A DNA stretch of 64,000 nt from a virus. The translations under genes and the position numbers were made by a program. The stretch covers positions 118,847 through 182,846 of IMG/VR virus record IMGVR_UViG_3300008117_000025; one strand, 5' to 3'. The notes below the pieces were generated by a model that worked only from the letters and a program-made list of their open reading frames with translations, did not search any database and was not told the DNA's origin. Below, in pieces: positions 19,757-28,813 of this stretch (within the stretch, counting starts at the first letter, position 1; every line of letters begins with the position of its first letter).

Positions 19757-19811
19757 ACAGCTCCAATATTTTTGTCTCTTACGAGCGAACAGGCTATAAA
19801 TCTGTTCTATC

Positions 19812-20975
19812 TTATTGTAAAGCAGGAGCATTGTTATAGTCAATGACTAGTGTTTTTCCTCCTCTTTTAGATTCAAATTTAGCTTGTTTATAAGGTATTG
19901 TTCTAAAATCTATACCATATTTTTGATTTTCATGGCGAGCTAACCATATAATTGGTTTATCTTCTTCAGTTAAATCATTTATATTATCTATATTTCTTGT
20001 AGTACTAATATTTAATATTCCATCTTGTAAATTAAAATCACCCTTAGAAAAAGAACGTTGTACTATTTTTGCATCTTCAGATCCAAAAGCAATTTGTTTT
20101 ACAATTTTTTCATCATTTAGAGGTGGATAATTTTTTATTAATACCACTCCATACCTTTTATCATCCCTAGGATCAATCATATCTAAAACGTATGATTGAA
20201 AAGGATTTTCTTTAAGTATTAGATTATCAATTTTTCCTGCTTTGCCTTGTTCAACAAATTTATTAAGCAAATCTGAAAATTGTTGTCTTTCGCTACTCCA
20301 CCAATAAATTCCATCTTTTTTAACTGAGATACTTTGGTTTTGGGATGTGCTGTATAGCATTACATCTCCTTTCATTCCTAATTTTTTACCTTTATAACCT
20401 ATATTTTCAGCCTTTTTTACACCTTCTACTATAATTTCAGGACCTTCTTTAGCTATAAACTTAATAGTAAGAGGATTATTATCATTTTGTTCAATATAGT
20501 TATTAATAACATTTACTAATTCAGTTTCATTTGATACTCCTCTTCCTCCACCTTCTTGTCCTCCTAAATCAGCCGATTTATATATAGCATTTATACTTAA
20601 TGCAGTTTCCTGTCCATTTAGTTTGCCTACTAATTTTATATCGCGAGCAGAAGCAGCATCTCTAAAAGCACCAACTAAATTGGATTTTTCTTCTTTATTT
20701 TCTGCTTTAAAAATTTCATCACCTACAGCAACATAATCAATAATAAATTCATCTTCACCTTTTACTCCTATTCTAAAAGGCTTACTATCGTAAAATTTAT
20801 TTGAAAACTGATCAGGACGTTTTTTAATTGATTTTAACGATAGCATAGCTTCTTCTAATTCATGTTCTTGAATTATTTCCTGTAAGAGAGACAGTTTAAT
20901 AGGATCGTTTAAATCAACAATCCCATCGTGGCAACGAAATGACCACTCATTTAATATTTTGTCTATAACTTCCAT
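19812..20975 (-). CDS. Putative PD-(D/E)xK restriction-endonuclease-fold protein with N-terminal tag; start revised to 20975 (MEVIDKILNEW)
   Basis: Motifs GVSNETEL...KGDVML...SISVKKD. The longer ORF-track start overlaps the preceding gene. Confidence 0.55.
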   Translation of the reverse strand: MEVIDKILNEWSFRCHDGIVDLNDPIKLSLLQEIIQEHELEEAMLSLKSIKKRPDQFSNKFYDSKPFRIGVKGEDEFIIDYVAVGDEIFKAENKEEKSNLVGAFRDAASARDIKLVGKLNGQETALSINAIYKSADLGGQEGGGRGVSNETELVNVINNYIEQNDNNPLTIKFIAKEGPEIIVEGVKKAENIGYKGKKLGMKGDVMLYSTSQNQSISVKKDGIYWWSSERQQFSDLLNKFVEQGKAGKIDNLILKENPFQSYVLDMIDPRDDKRYGVVLIKNYPPLNDEKIVKQIAFGSEDAKIVQRSFSKGDFNLQDGILNISTTRNIDNINDLTEEDKPIIWLARHENQKYGIDFRTIPYKQAKFESKRGGKTLVIDYNNAPALQ

Positions 20976-20976
20976 A

Positions 20977-21507
20977 TTATGCTTCTGCTGGTGGTGGAGT
21001 TTCTTCGGCTGGCGCTTCAGGAGCTGGTTCTTCAGCTGGAGGTGTAGTTTCTGGAGCGCCTGCGGCTGCTGTAAATGCTTCAGCACCAGCATCAGCTTTA
21101 GGTGCTTCACCGCCACCTTCTTCTTTATCACCAACAGCATAATTTAATTCTAATAAATCAGCTATTCCTTGTTGTGCTCTTTCTAATTCACCTAATTGTT
21201 GCATATTATATCTCTTACCAGCTACTTTTGCTGTGTAATTTTTCTTGCCGTCATACACAATTGTGAATTCTTGTTCGTTAATTAATTTGAGGTTGAATGT
21301 AGTTGGTTTTGGAGCAACTAAATTAACTTCAGTAATAAAACGACCAAATGATGGAGACATTAAGTCTTCTACAATCTTTTTTAAACCAGGAAAACGATAT
21401 ATTAAATACATAGATTTAGCAGCACGTTGCTCTCTTGCTTCTTGTTCTGCTAGAGCTTTACGCACTGCCACTTTAATATATTTCTCTAATAATATTTTTT
21501 TACTCAC
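20977..21507 (-). CDS. Hypothetical tagged protein with Pro/Glu-rich tail
   Basis: N-terminal [18 protein letters not shown]. Confidence 0.7.
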   Translation of the reverse strand: MSKKILLEKYIKVAVRKALAEQEAREQRAAKSMYLIYRFPGLKKIVEDLMSPSFGRFITEVNLVAPKPTTFNLKLINEQEFTIVYDGKKNYTAKVAGKRYNMQQLGELERAQQGIADLLELNYAVGDKEEGGGEAPKADAGAEAFTAAAGAPETTPPAEEPAPEAPAEETPPPAEA

Positions 21508-21871
21508 TATCTGAATTTTGGCTATATTGGATTTCTTCCTCAGTTAGATATTCAGCTATACTATGCATATAATCTGAAGCTAAGGTAATATATGCTGATA
21601 CCCATCCAGGCAATTGTTGGTTGGGTTCAATTAATTGATATATTTTAGCAGCATTATTAACCATATCTCTTAATTCACTTTTAGCCATTGTAGCTTCGTG
21701 ATCTTGAGTTGGAGGCCAACTTAAGTGGCCTTCTCTCATCTTTTTAGCTATTGCTTGACGGCGCTTTAAAAGATATTTATCTGTCTTATCCTGTTTTCCA
21801 TCATTGTTGATGTCGGCATCTTCTTTGCCCACAGGATCAAGATTTTCTAATAAATCAATGAGTTTAATCAT
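21500..21871 (-). CDS. Tagged protein with EF-hand/dockerin-like loop
   Basis: MIKLIDLLE start; [14 protein letters not shown] loop. Confidence 0.65.
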   Translation of the reverse strand: MIKLIDLLENLDPVGKEDADINNDGKQDKTDKYLLKRRQAIAKKMREGHLSWPPTQDHEATMAKSELRDMVNNAAKIYQLIEPNQQLPGWVSAYITLASDYMHSIAEYLTEEEIQYSQNSDSE

Positions 21872-21872
21872 T

Positions 21873-22364
21873 TTATTTATCTTTTTTAGCAGGTGCTTTT
21901 TTAGCTACAGGCTTTTCTTCTTTAGGCTCTTCTTTCTTTTCGTCTTTTTTAGGCTCTTCTTTTTTATCAGCTTTTTTATCGTCTTTTTTACCAACAGCTG
22001 GTTTTTTAGCTTTTTCGATAAGACCCATCATTTCTTTAATCTTTTCAGTTTCAGAAGAAACTTTACCTTCAACTTCAGAAATTTGGTTGTCAAGCATTTC
22101 AGCTAATTTAGCATGAGCAGACTTAATCTTTTCTAATTCGTTTACAAACTTTTGCATATGAGCATATTCAGCTACGAATCCTGGTGCGGATTCGCCACCT
22201 TCAGCAATTTGGTATTGACCTAATGCTTCTCTCATACCTTTAAGGCTTTGTAATTCTTTTTTAAGGTGTACTAATTTACCACCACTTTTTGGTAATCCAC
22301 CTTTTTCTTCCATTGCTTCGGCAATTGCTTGGCGAACAACGCTACGTACTTCTGTGATATTCAT
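21873..22364 (-). CDS. Tagged coiled-coil protein with Lys-rich tail; start revised to 22364 (MNITEVRS)
   Basis: The ATATTTATA motif lies just upstream of 22364. Confidence 0.65.
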   Translation of the reverse strand: MNITEVRSVVRQAIAEAMEEKGGLPKSGGKLVHLKKELQSLKGMREALGQYQIAEGGESAPGFVAEYAHMQKFVNELEKIKSAHAKLAEMLDNQISEVEGKVSSETEKIKEMMGLIEKAKKPAVGKKDDKKADKKEEPKKDEKKEEPKEEKPVAKKAPAKKDK

Positions 22365-22398
22365 GATTTTGTTTTTGTTGTGTTTATGTGTATAAATA

Positions 22399-23415
22399 TT
22401 ATAAAGTTTCATCTAGATCGGCTAATCCCGTGTCGTCTTTTCTTAAGTCACGTTCAATGTCACGCATTGTATCCATTGCCCATTTACGTTGTAATGGTTT
22501 TAATTCGCCATTGATTGCGTTTTCAATGAATGGAAAAAATTCATCGTCAATCAATTTATATACTTCAGCAAAAAACAATTCACGAACGCGTGCATCATCT
22601 ATATTCGATTCATTATATAAATCAGATATAGCATCATAAATAAATTTACCATACTGTAAATCACGAGGCTCATTTGAGAGCTTGTCAACAGCCCCAACAA
22701 TGGCTTGATTTTTTTCTTTATCGGCTCCAAAGCCTTCAGTTCCAACGATTTCATATAAACCTTTTACTATTTCATGTACTAACATTGGAAAGCAAATAGC
22801 ACGAGCCTTGATTACAAATTGCTCGTTTTCTTCATCATATTCCATTTCACTTTCACCACCTTGCATTTTTTGACCTTGAGCAAGCATTGCTAACATCATT
22901 GCAATTGCATTCTCATCATCATATATACCAAATGCTAATTTTAATATTTCACTATATTTTTCAACCAATTCTGGACTGATTTGGTCAAGGTACTCTCTAA
23001 AGAGCATAAAGCCAAAAGCACCTCTAATAGAGGCACCTTGTGTAATACCGTTAATAATACGGCGTTTTGCTTTTTCAGCTTCAAGAGGCATATTATCTAA
23101 ACTTTCTTCACCACCTCCCATTCCCATGTTTAGATCTCCCATATCAACTATCTTAGCATCAATTTTGATGTTTGCATAATCAATAATTGGGTAAGCATCA
23201 GTTACCATTTGGGCAGCTACCATTTCAAGTTCATCGCGATATCCTTCTTCTGCTTGAATAATTTCACCTAATAATGCTTGTGAACGCACCATTGTTTGCA
23301 TTAGATTTTTATCACCAAGCATTTGGCGTAATGATTCACCTGATTTACCTTTTAGGGCAGTCATTGTTTTAGGTGAAAATATCTTTTCGTAATCGACTTC
23401 TAATAAGCGGCTCAT
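22399..23415 (-). CDS. Helical hypothetical protein
   Basis: 338-aa ORF containing FPMLVHEIVKG. Confidence 0.7.
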   Translation of the reverse strand: MSRLLEVDYEKIFSPKTMTALKGKSGESLRQMLGDKNLMQTMVRSQALLGEIIQAEEGYRDELEMVAAQMVTDAYPIIDYANIKIDAKIVDMGDLNMGMGGGEESLDNMPLEAEKAKRRIINGITQGASIRGAFGFMLFREYLDQISPELVEKYSEILKLAFGIYDDENAIAMMLAMLAQGQKMQGGESEMEYDEENEQFVIKARAICFPMLVHEIVKGLYEIVGTEGFGADKEKNQAIVGAVDKLSNEPRDLQYGKFIYDAISDLYNESNIDDARVRELFFAEVYKLIDDEFFPFIENAINGELKPLQRKWAMDTMRDIERDLRKDDTGLADLDETL

Positions 23416-23660
23416 TATTTTTTAGATTTAAAGCGTGCTACAATTTTTTTAAGCATTTCTTCTTCGTTCATTGCTTTAGGAGCAGGTTTAACTTCAGGAT
23501 TACCTAATGGACGACGTGGTTTTGGTTTACCTGTATCTGGTTTACCTGGTGCTACAGCTGGTCCAGGAGATGGTTTTGGTTTACTAGGTGCCGGAGCATT
23601 TTCGTTTAATACTCTATCAACGATCTCACGGATGATTTCTTTAAGTTTATTTTTGTTCAT
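23415..23660 (-). CDS. Small tagged Pro-rich protein
   Basis: MNKNKLKEIIREIVDRVLNE followed by a P/K-rich linker. Confidence 0.7.
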   Translation of the reverse strand: MNKNKLKEIIREIVDRVLNENAPAPSKPKPSPGPAVAPGKPDTGKPKPRRPLGNPEVKPAPKAMNEEEMLKKIVARFKSKK

Positions 23661-23661
23661 T

Positions 23662-26292
23662 TTATTTCTTTTTTTCGTTTATGTGTTTGCGTAGTAATTC
23701 TTTAAATTCTGTTAAGTGACTTGGATTGCGGTCAAAATATTCATTTACAATATAACGATGAATTTCTGCCAAATTACGTTGTTGTAAGGCTTGTAGTAAA
23801 TTAGCAGGTGAATCTAACCTTACTAGGGTATTCTGTATAATAAGGAAATGATTATTTCCAGGTTGGATTACAACAGATAATACATTTGTATTGTTATTTA
23901 ATCGAATATTATATATAGCACTTTGTCCACTTTCATATACTTGGTTAACCCTACCTCTTCCACCTATTAGATTTTGGCGGCGAGCAACACCTCTATTACC
24001 TACTGTAATACCTGGTAACCAGTTTCTTGGCCAGTTTCTTATTATGAAGTTAGCAGTAGTGAGAGTAGCAGGGATTCCAGCATTTTGAAAAATATCTCCT
24101 ATTCCAACTTCTCCTTCTGCAGGTGCAGCGGCTTGTTGAGGACGAGGAGCATTTGGTTGTCCTGCTGGTCTACCTCTTCTTGCAATACCACCTACTTGAG
24201 CAGCTATTTGACCAGCTGCTGGTTGTCCTTGTCCTAGTAATTGTCTTGCTAATGCGCTAGGTACATTTGCTTTAACTAATTTACCTGATTGATCAGATAC
24301 TTTAAAGCTATTTCTTGGATCTGCTGTGTTGATAAGTAAAGCAGTATTACCATTCATAGCTGGTTTGTATCTGTTAGTATCTGATACTGGTGGGTTGCTA
24401 GATATAAAGTCTTTTTTAGAGTTACCAATCATACTAAATCCTTGATTTCCTAATAGTGTAGTTAAATCATTATCATTGAATGTTTGATTTGTTGCTCTTA
24501 AATAAGCAAAATAGGATCTCCATTCATTAGCATCTAGACTAGTTGAGGTATTTCTGCTTCTCCAATTATTACCACTATAATCAGCAATTGATCTTTGTTG
24601 GCGTGGATTAATAGTAGCAGGCATTAATAAAAATGCTGATCTTTCACCAGAAGCCGTTAATACTACTGATGGGATATCCCCATATTGTACTATTCTTTGG
24701 TTATAAGGAATAGCATTAATAATCGATGTTAAAGCATCTTTATCTATAGTTGCAGGAATATTTCGTTCATCATCTCTAAATAAATTTAATGCATTTTGCT
24801 GGAATGATTCGTTATCTTTAGCATCAGTAAATGCTTGTTGTACTTCTTCATTATCAAAGGGAACTGATGTTATTTTTCCGTCTTCACCTACTTTATATGA
24901 AGAGAATGAGTTAGAATCTAATACAATTTCTCCACCTTCTACTGGTTTAACTATTAAGGCAGAATTTTCATCCTTTTTAGCATTGTCTAATATTTTTGTA
25001 ATTAAACTTCTATCAATAATTTCATCTTGAGCTAATTTCAATAGATTTCTTATAGGGATTTTATCTAGTTCTGGGTAGTCAATAAGATATTTTGATGTAC
25101 GTTTGTTTAATTTGATGTTGGGGAAATCATCTTCGGCTTGGTATAATCCTATTTTAATATCATCTCCCAATTCTAATTTAACTATAGTATCACCTTCTTT
25201 ATTAATATATACTCTTTCATCAGACTCTAAATACCATTTATTTAATTGAGTTATAAGTTTTTTAACATCAAATGGAATCTTTTCTTGCGAAAGGTATTTT
25301 AAAGGAATTTCATTTTGGAGATTTGCTGTTATTGATCTTCTAATTTGATTTGGGAACTTATCTAAATTTTTCAATAAAGTAACAGAATCAATAACACCAG
25401 GGGATTCAGCTATAAATTTAGCTAATTCAGGATATTTAGGTAAATATTTTTCTACAAATTCTTCATCACTAATATCAGAAAACAATTCATTACTTCTATT
25501 ATTTTTTCTAACTACTAAGTATTGTTGTTTTGCTGAAAAGGGGAATTTAGTCCATTCTCTATAACCTACAGATTGATTTCTGTATTGTTGGGTCATTTTT
25601 TCAGTTGAAGAAATAGGGATATACTTTAAAATAGATTTAATATTTGGTATATCTCTTAACCAAGGAACTTCACTTAACAACCCATCAAAATCCATTGGAT
25701 TTGATTCGTGAGGAGAATTTTTTCTATTTGTATAAACGTATCTTTCATTTTCATTAGTTGTTTTAGGATCTCTAACTTGAATAGCAACAAAACTTAATTT
25801 ATCGCCATCTGAAAGATTATTATTTTTTGCTAGATAAAATGTTGGATAAGATCTGTATGCACTATAACGATAGCTAGGGAATGAGGATCTAGTTATACAC
25901 CATTTTTCTCCATCACCGTATCTAATACAGTTATCTTGTTTACTACCATTATATATAACAATAGTATTATCGTCATTATGATATACAACATCTGGGGTGA
26001 TATCTAGTTCTTCAACACCTTCTTCACCTTTAGTTGCAGTAACTAATCTAATGAATTTAGCTATAGACCATTTATTTAAATCTCTTTGATCGCTAGGTAA
26101 TTTTTCCTTAATACGATCAAAAGTATTGATATATGCTCTTAATTGGTCATCTGTGATTTGAATATTAAGATCATCAGCTTCTTCTTGGAATCTTTTAATA
26201 AAACCTTTTATAGCGTTTTCGCCATAAGCTTCATTAAGCTCATTTTTCCAATTGTGTACAACGTGTAATATAAATCTATCTATATTTCTCAT
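23662..26292 (-). CDS. 876-aa multidomain protein; N-terminal module homologous to the repeats of 28814-32890
   Basis: LNEAYGENAI...YINTFDRIK...NCIRYGDGEKWCI aligns by eye with LKEYSEK...YIKRFDQIK...SCIKYGNGYSFCI. One RRGRP motif. Confidence 0.75.
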   Translation of the reverse strand: MRNIDRFILHVVHNWKNELNEAYGENAIKGFIKRFQEEADDLNIQITDDQLRAYINTFDRIKEKLPSDQRDLNKWSIAKFIRLVTATKGEEGVEELDITPDVVYHNDDNTIVIYNGSKQDNCIRYGDGEKWCITRSSFPSYRYSAYRSYPTFYLAKNNNLSDGDKLSFVAIQVRDPKTTNENERYVYTNRKNSPHESNPMDFDGLLSEVPWLRDIPNIKSILKYIPISSTEKMTQQYRNQSVGYREWTKFPFSAKQQYLVVRKNNRSNELFSDISDEEFVEKYLPKYPELAKFIAESPGVIDSVTLLKNLDKFPNQIRRSITANLQNEIPLKYLSQEKIPFDVKKLITQLNKWYLESDERVYINKEGDTIVKLELGDDIKIGLYQAEDDFPNIKLNKRTSKYLIDYPELDKIPIRNLLKLAQDEIIDRSLITKILDNAKKDENSALIVKPVEGGEIVLDSNSFSSYKVGEDGKITSVPFDNEEVQQAFTDAKDNESFQQNALNLFRDDERNIPATIDKDALTSIINAIPYNQRIVQYGDIPSVVLTASGERSAFLLMPATINPRQQRSIADYSGNNWRSRNTSTSLDANEWRSYFAYLRATNQTFNDNDLTTLLGNQGFSMIGNSKKDFISSNPPVSDTNRYKPAMNGNTALLINTADPRNSFKVSDQSGKLVKANVPSALARQLLGQGQPAAGQIAAQVGGIARRGRPAGQPNAPRPQQAAAPAEGEVGIGDIFQNAGIPATLTTANFIIRNWPRNWLPGITVGNRGVARRQNLIGGRGRVNQVYESGQSAIYNIRLNNNTNVLSVVIQPGNNHFLIIQNTLVRLDSPANLLQALQQRNLAEIHRYIVNEYFDRNPSHLTEFKELLRKHINEKKK

Positions 26293-26690
26293 TACTTTGT
26301 TTTACCCCATTTTTTACCCTTACCAGGATCTGAACATTGTGAAGGTGTTGGGCGGCAGGAAGGGTATTTTGCTCGCGTTTCACCTTTTTTACGGCCACAA
26401 GGTTTACATTTTTTCTTACCGTCTACCTCGCGACATGTATTACAATCAACCCAACCTCCTGTTTTACCAGGTGCACCTTTGCGTTTAAACCAAGTGCGAA
26501 GGGTTTCTTTTTTTTTCTCGTCTAATTGATCAATAAGTTCTTCTTTTAATCCTTTCCAAATATTACCTTTACGGCAACGTACAATAGCACCTGACTTATA
26601 GGCAGATGGCTTATCATATTTGCGATCGGCAATTCGTTTGCAACGATCTTCGTTAAGAATTTCTTTCGCTATGTCGGTTAATTTGATCAC
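26292..26690 (-). CDS. Tagged basic Cys-rich protein
   Basis: MIKLTDIAKEILNE start; 8 Cys; motifs SAYKSG, LRTWF and WVDC. Confidence 0.7.
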   Translation of the reverse strand: MIKLTDIAKEILNEDRCKRIADRKYDKPSAYKSGAIVRCRKGNIWKGLKEELIDQLDEKKKETLRTWFKRKGAPGKTGGWVDCNTCREVDGKKKCKPCGRKKGETRAKYPSCRPTPSQCSDPGKGKKWGKTK

Positions 26691-26693
26691 TTT

Positions 26694-27164
26694 TTATATA
26701 TTAAAAAAATATAATAATTGATTTTTCCCATTAATTTTGACCATCTCTAAATTATCTGTTGTTCCTGTATATCCTGCATTCATCATTGTATTGATGTTGT
26801 TCATGTTTCCTTTATATGCATCCTGTACACCTCTTATAAAATAGGATTCAACAAAATTATCTTGAAAATCTTCATGTTTAGGATGCCAATCTATAGCATC
26901 TTTATATAATTCATGAAGTATTTTAGGATTATTATCTAAAAAAACTATATATTCTACATCATTAGTTAATACCTTGTATGGTTTATTATCCCAATTCCAC
27001 TCAGAAATCCATTCATCTTCATTTTCATCTTCATCATACCCTATTAGATGTCCTAAATCTTGAACAATTAATTGTTTTAATATAGAAGATACCTCTGAAT
27101 TTTGTTGAAGTTGTCCTGTGGGGGATATTTCAAGTTCTTTTAATATGTCTAATAATTTAATCAT
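26694..27164 (-). CDS. Tagged hypothetical protein; start revised to 27164 (MIKLLDILKE)
   Basis: The tag begins 1 nt after the upstream stop. Confidence 0.7.
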   Translation of the reverse strand: MIKLLDILKELEISPTGQLQQNSEVSSILKQLIVQDLGHLIGYDEDENEDEWISEWNWDNKPYKVLTNDVEYIVFLDNNPKILHELYKDAIDWHPKHEDFQDNFVESYFIRGVQDAYKGNMNNINTMMNAGYTGTTDNLEMVKINGKNQLLYFFNI

Positions 27165-27165
27165 A

Positions 27166-27543
27166 TTACCATTTTCTGCAAGACCAATATCTTGCTTTTG
27201 TACGTGGTCCTGGGTTGGCACAGTTATGTCTTGCTCTAAAGGCAGCGCGGCGTTTAGGATTATTTTTCTTAATGTTCATTCCCTTAGCACCAAAGTTTAC
27301 TTTTACAACTTTACCTGTTTTAGGGTTTTTAACATATACCTTAAACTTTTTAGAATCACCACGCATTGGTTTACCTAATGGTACAGTACGACCTTGATAC
27401 TTAGCTTCTAACATGCAATCGCAATCAGCTTCGTTAAGTTCGTTTTGATATTCTTCCATGAATTGAACAAATTCTAAAATGTCTTGTTCATTTTCAACGT
27501 CGTACTCTTCTACTTCGTCTATTATTTCTAATAACTTAATCAT
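27166..27543 (-). CDS. Tagged basic protein with FRARHNC...RYWSC motif
   Basis: MIKLLEIIDE start; KVNFG...RRAAFRARHNC...KARYWSCRKW. Confidence 0.75.
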   Translation of the reverse strand: MIKLLEIIDEVEEYDVENEQDILEFVQFMEEYQNELNEADCDCMLEAKYQGRTVPLGKPMRGDSKKFKVYVKNPKTGKVVKVNFGAKGMNIKKNNPKRRAAFRARHNCANPGPRTKARYWSCRKW

Positions 27544-27647
27544 TTGAATTGATTTAATATCTTGTTATTTTGATCGATTCTTTTTTTATGTTTAAGACCG
27601 TTTTTTCTTGATTTCATTGGTCTTTTTTTAGGTGCTGCGTTTGCCAT
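27540..27647 (-). CDS. 35-aa basic peptide
   Basis: Hand-translated MANAAPKKRPMKSRKNGLKHKKRIDQNNKILNQFK; ATGA overlap with the next gene. Confidence 0.65.
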   Translation of the reverse strand: MANAAPKKRPMKSRKNGLKHKKRIDQNNKILNQFK

Positions 27648-27652
27648 AGTTT

Positions 27653-27886
27653 TTATTTTGAATGCCACCAATTACAACAATATTCGTCGGCAGCGACAGG
27701 TATTTTAGCATTACCATCACGCCACTGTAACCAATATTTGTTATTGCATAAATTGCCCTTTTCAACCCAATATTCACAGTTACCACACATTGAACCACCT
27801 TTAGTTACTTTCATACCGGGTTTATGATCTGAAGGGTATTCAATTTTACCTTCTTGGAGTTTAAGTAATTCAAGTAGGCTATGCAT
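27653..27886 (-). CDS. Tagged mini-protein with C-x2-C-x9-C-x22-CC metal-binding pattern
   Basis: MHSLLELLKLQE start; CGNCEYW...LC...YCCNWW. Confidence 0.65.
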   Translation of the reverse strand: MHSLLELLKLQEGKIEYPSDHKPGMKVTKGGSMCGNCEYWVEKGNLCNNKYWLQWRDGNAKIPVAADEYCCNWWHSK

Positions 27887-28179
27887 TATTTTACTTTTTT
27901 AAGTTTATCATTTTCTTGAGTGAGAAAATCAACCTTAATGCGCAACTCAGCTACTTCGGAAGTCAATTTAAGGATCAAATTGCGTAAATCATCTTTTTCA
28001 GATGCTGATTCTTCAAGCAATGCTTCTAATTTGGCAATGCGTTCTTTGCAATCATGGCGAATAAAATCTTCGTCTTTTTCCTTGTGAATTGCCCTTCTTT
28101 CATAATAGCGAAAAGCTGATGTACTTCCCAAAACCGTAATTGCAGTGATTAACACTGTCCACAGATTGCTATTTTCCAT
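27886..28179 (-). CDS. Single-TM coiled-coil protein (holin-like candidate)
   Basis: N-terminal hydrophobic helix followed by heptad repeats. Confidence 0.45.
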   Translation of the reverse strand: MENSNLWTVLITAITVLGSTSAFRYYERRAIHKEKDEDFIRHDCKERIAKLEALLEESASEKDDLRNLILKLTSEVAELRIKVDFLTQENDKLKKVK

Positions 28180-28225
28180 CGTAATTTATAAGTTGATTTT
28201 ATTAGTAAATCATTACCTATAAATA

Positions 28226-28810
28226 TTAAGATCCGATGTGTTCTTTAAGTTTTTGGATATATTCCTGTAATTCTGCGGTTATTTTTTGCTTGTCTATACC
28301 TTTACCTGCCCATTTCTCAACGTCACCCTGTTCAGTTACGAAACCTTCATTACTATCTTCTAATGCTATTTCTAGTACAAATTGTTCTAATTCGTCAATG
28401 TGTGTTTTAATACCTCGTGTTGTTAAACTACGAGCATATTCTTCGAATTGTCCTGTGCGTTTTAATTCAGTTTCCATTTCAACAACACAATTAAAACACA
28501 TTTTGTGTAAAGGCCACATTTTTTTATTTAAGGTGTGGTTTTTCATTGCTTTGTCACATTTAGGACAAGTTAGTGGTATATTGAGTGCTTCTTTTAATTT
28601 ATCAAAGCGAGTAACGGTTTGTTTGATACCGTTTTTAATAGTCCATTGTTTACCCTTTTCTTCCCATACATCACCTTCCTTATGTTCTACTTGTGATTTA
28701 GTATAACCAACTTGAGTAACTGTTTTAGCAGTATAATCTTTAGTAATAATATTGCGCATGCGCTGTACATCGCGATCTTTAAACTCGCGTTTCAACATGT
28801 TGTCACTCAT
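28226..28810 (-). CDS. Hypothetical protein with Zn-ribbon motif
   Basis: Motif CPKC...CFNC. Confidence 0.65.
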   Translation of the reverse strand: MSDNMLKREFKDRDVQRMRNIITKDYTAKTVTQVGYTKSQVEHKEGDVWEEKGKQWTIKNGIKQTVTRFDKLKEALNIPLTCPKCDKAMKNHTLNKKMWPLHKMCFNCVVEMETELKRTGQFEEYARSLTTRGIKTHIDELEQFVLEIALEDSNEGFVTEQGDVEKWAGKGIDKQKITAELQEYIQKLKEHIGS

Positions 28811-28813
28811 AAC

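Noticed and set aside
19787-19814. Pseudoknot as a stop-codon read-through signal for 19812-20975
   Set aside because: The read-through frame hits TAG after five codons.
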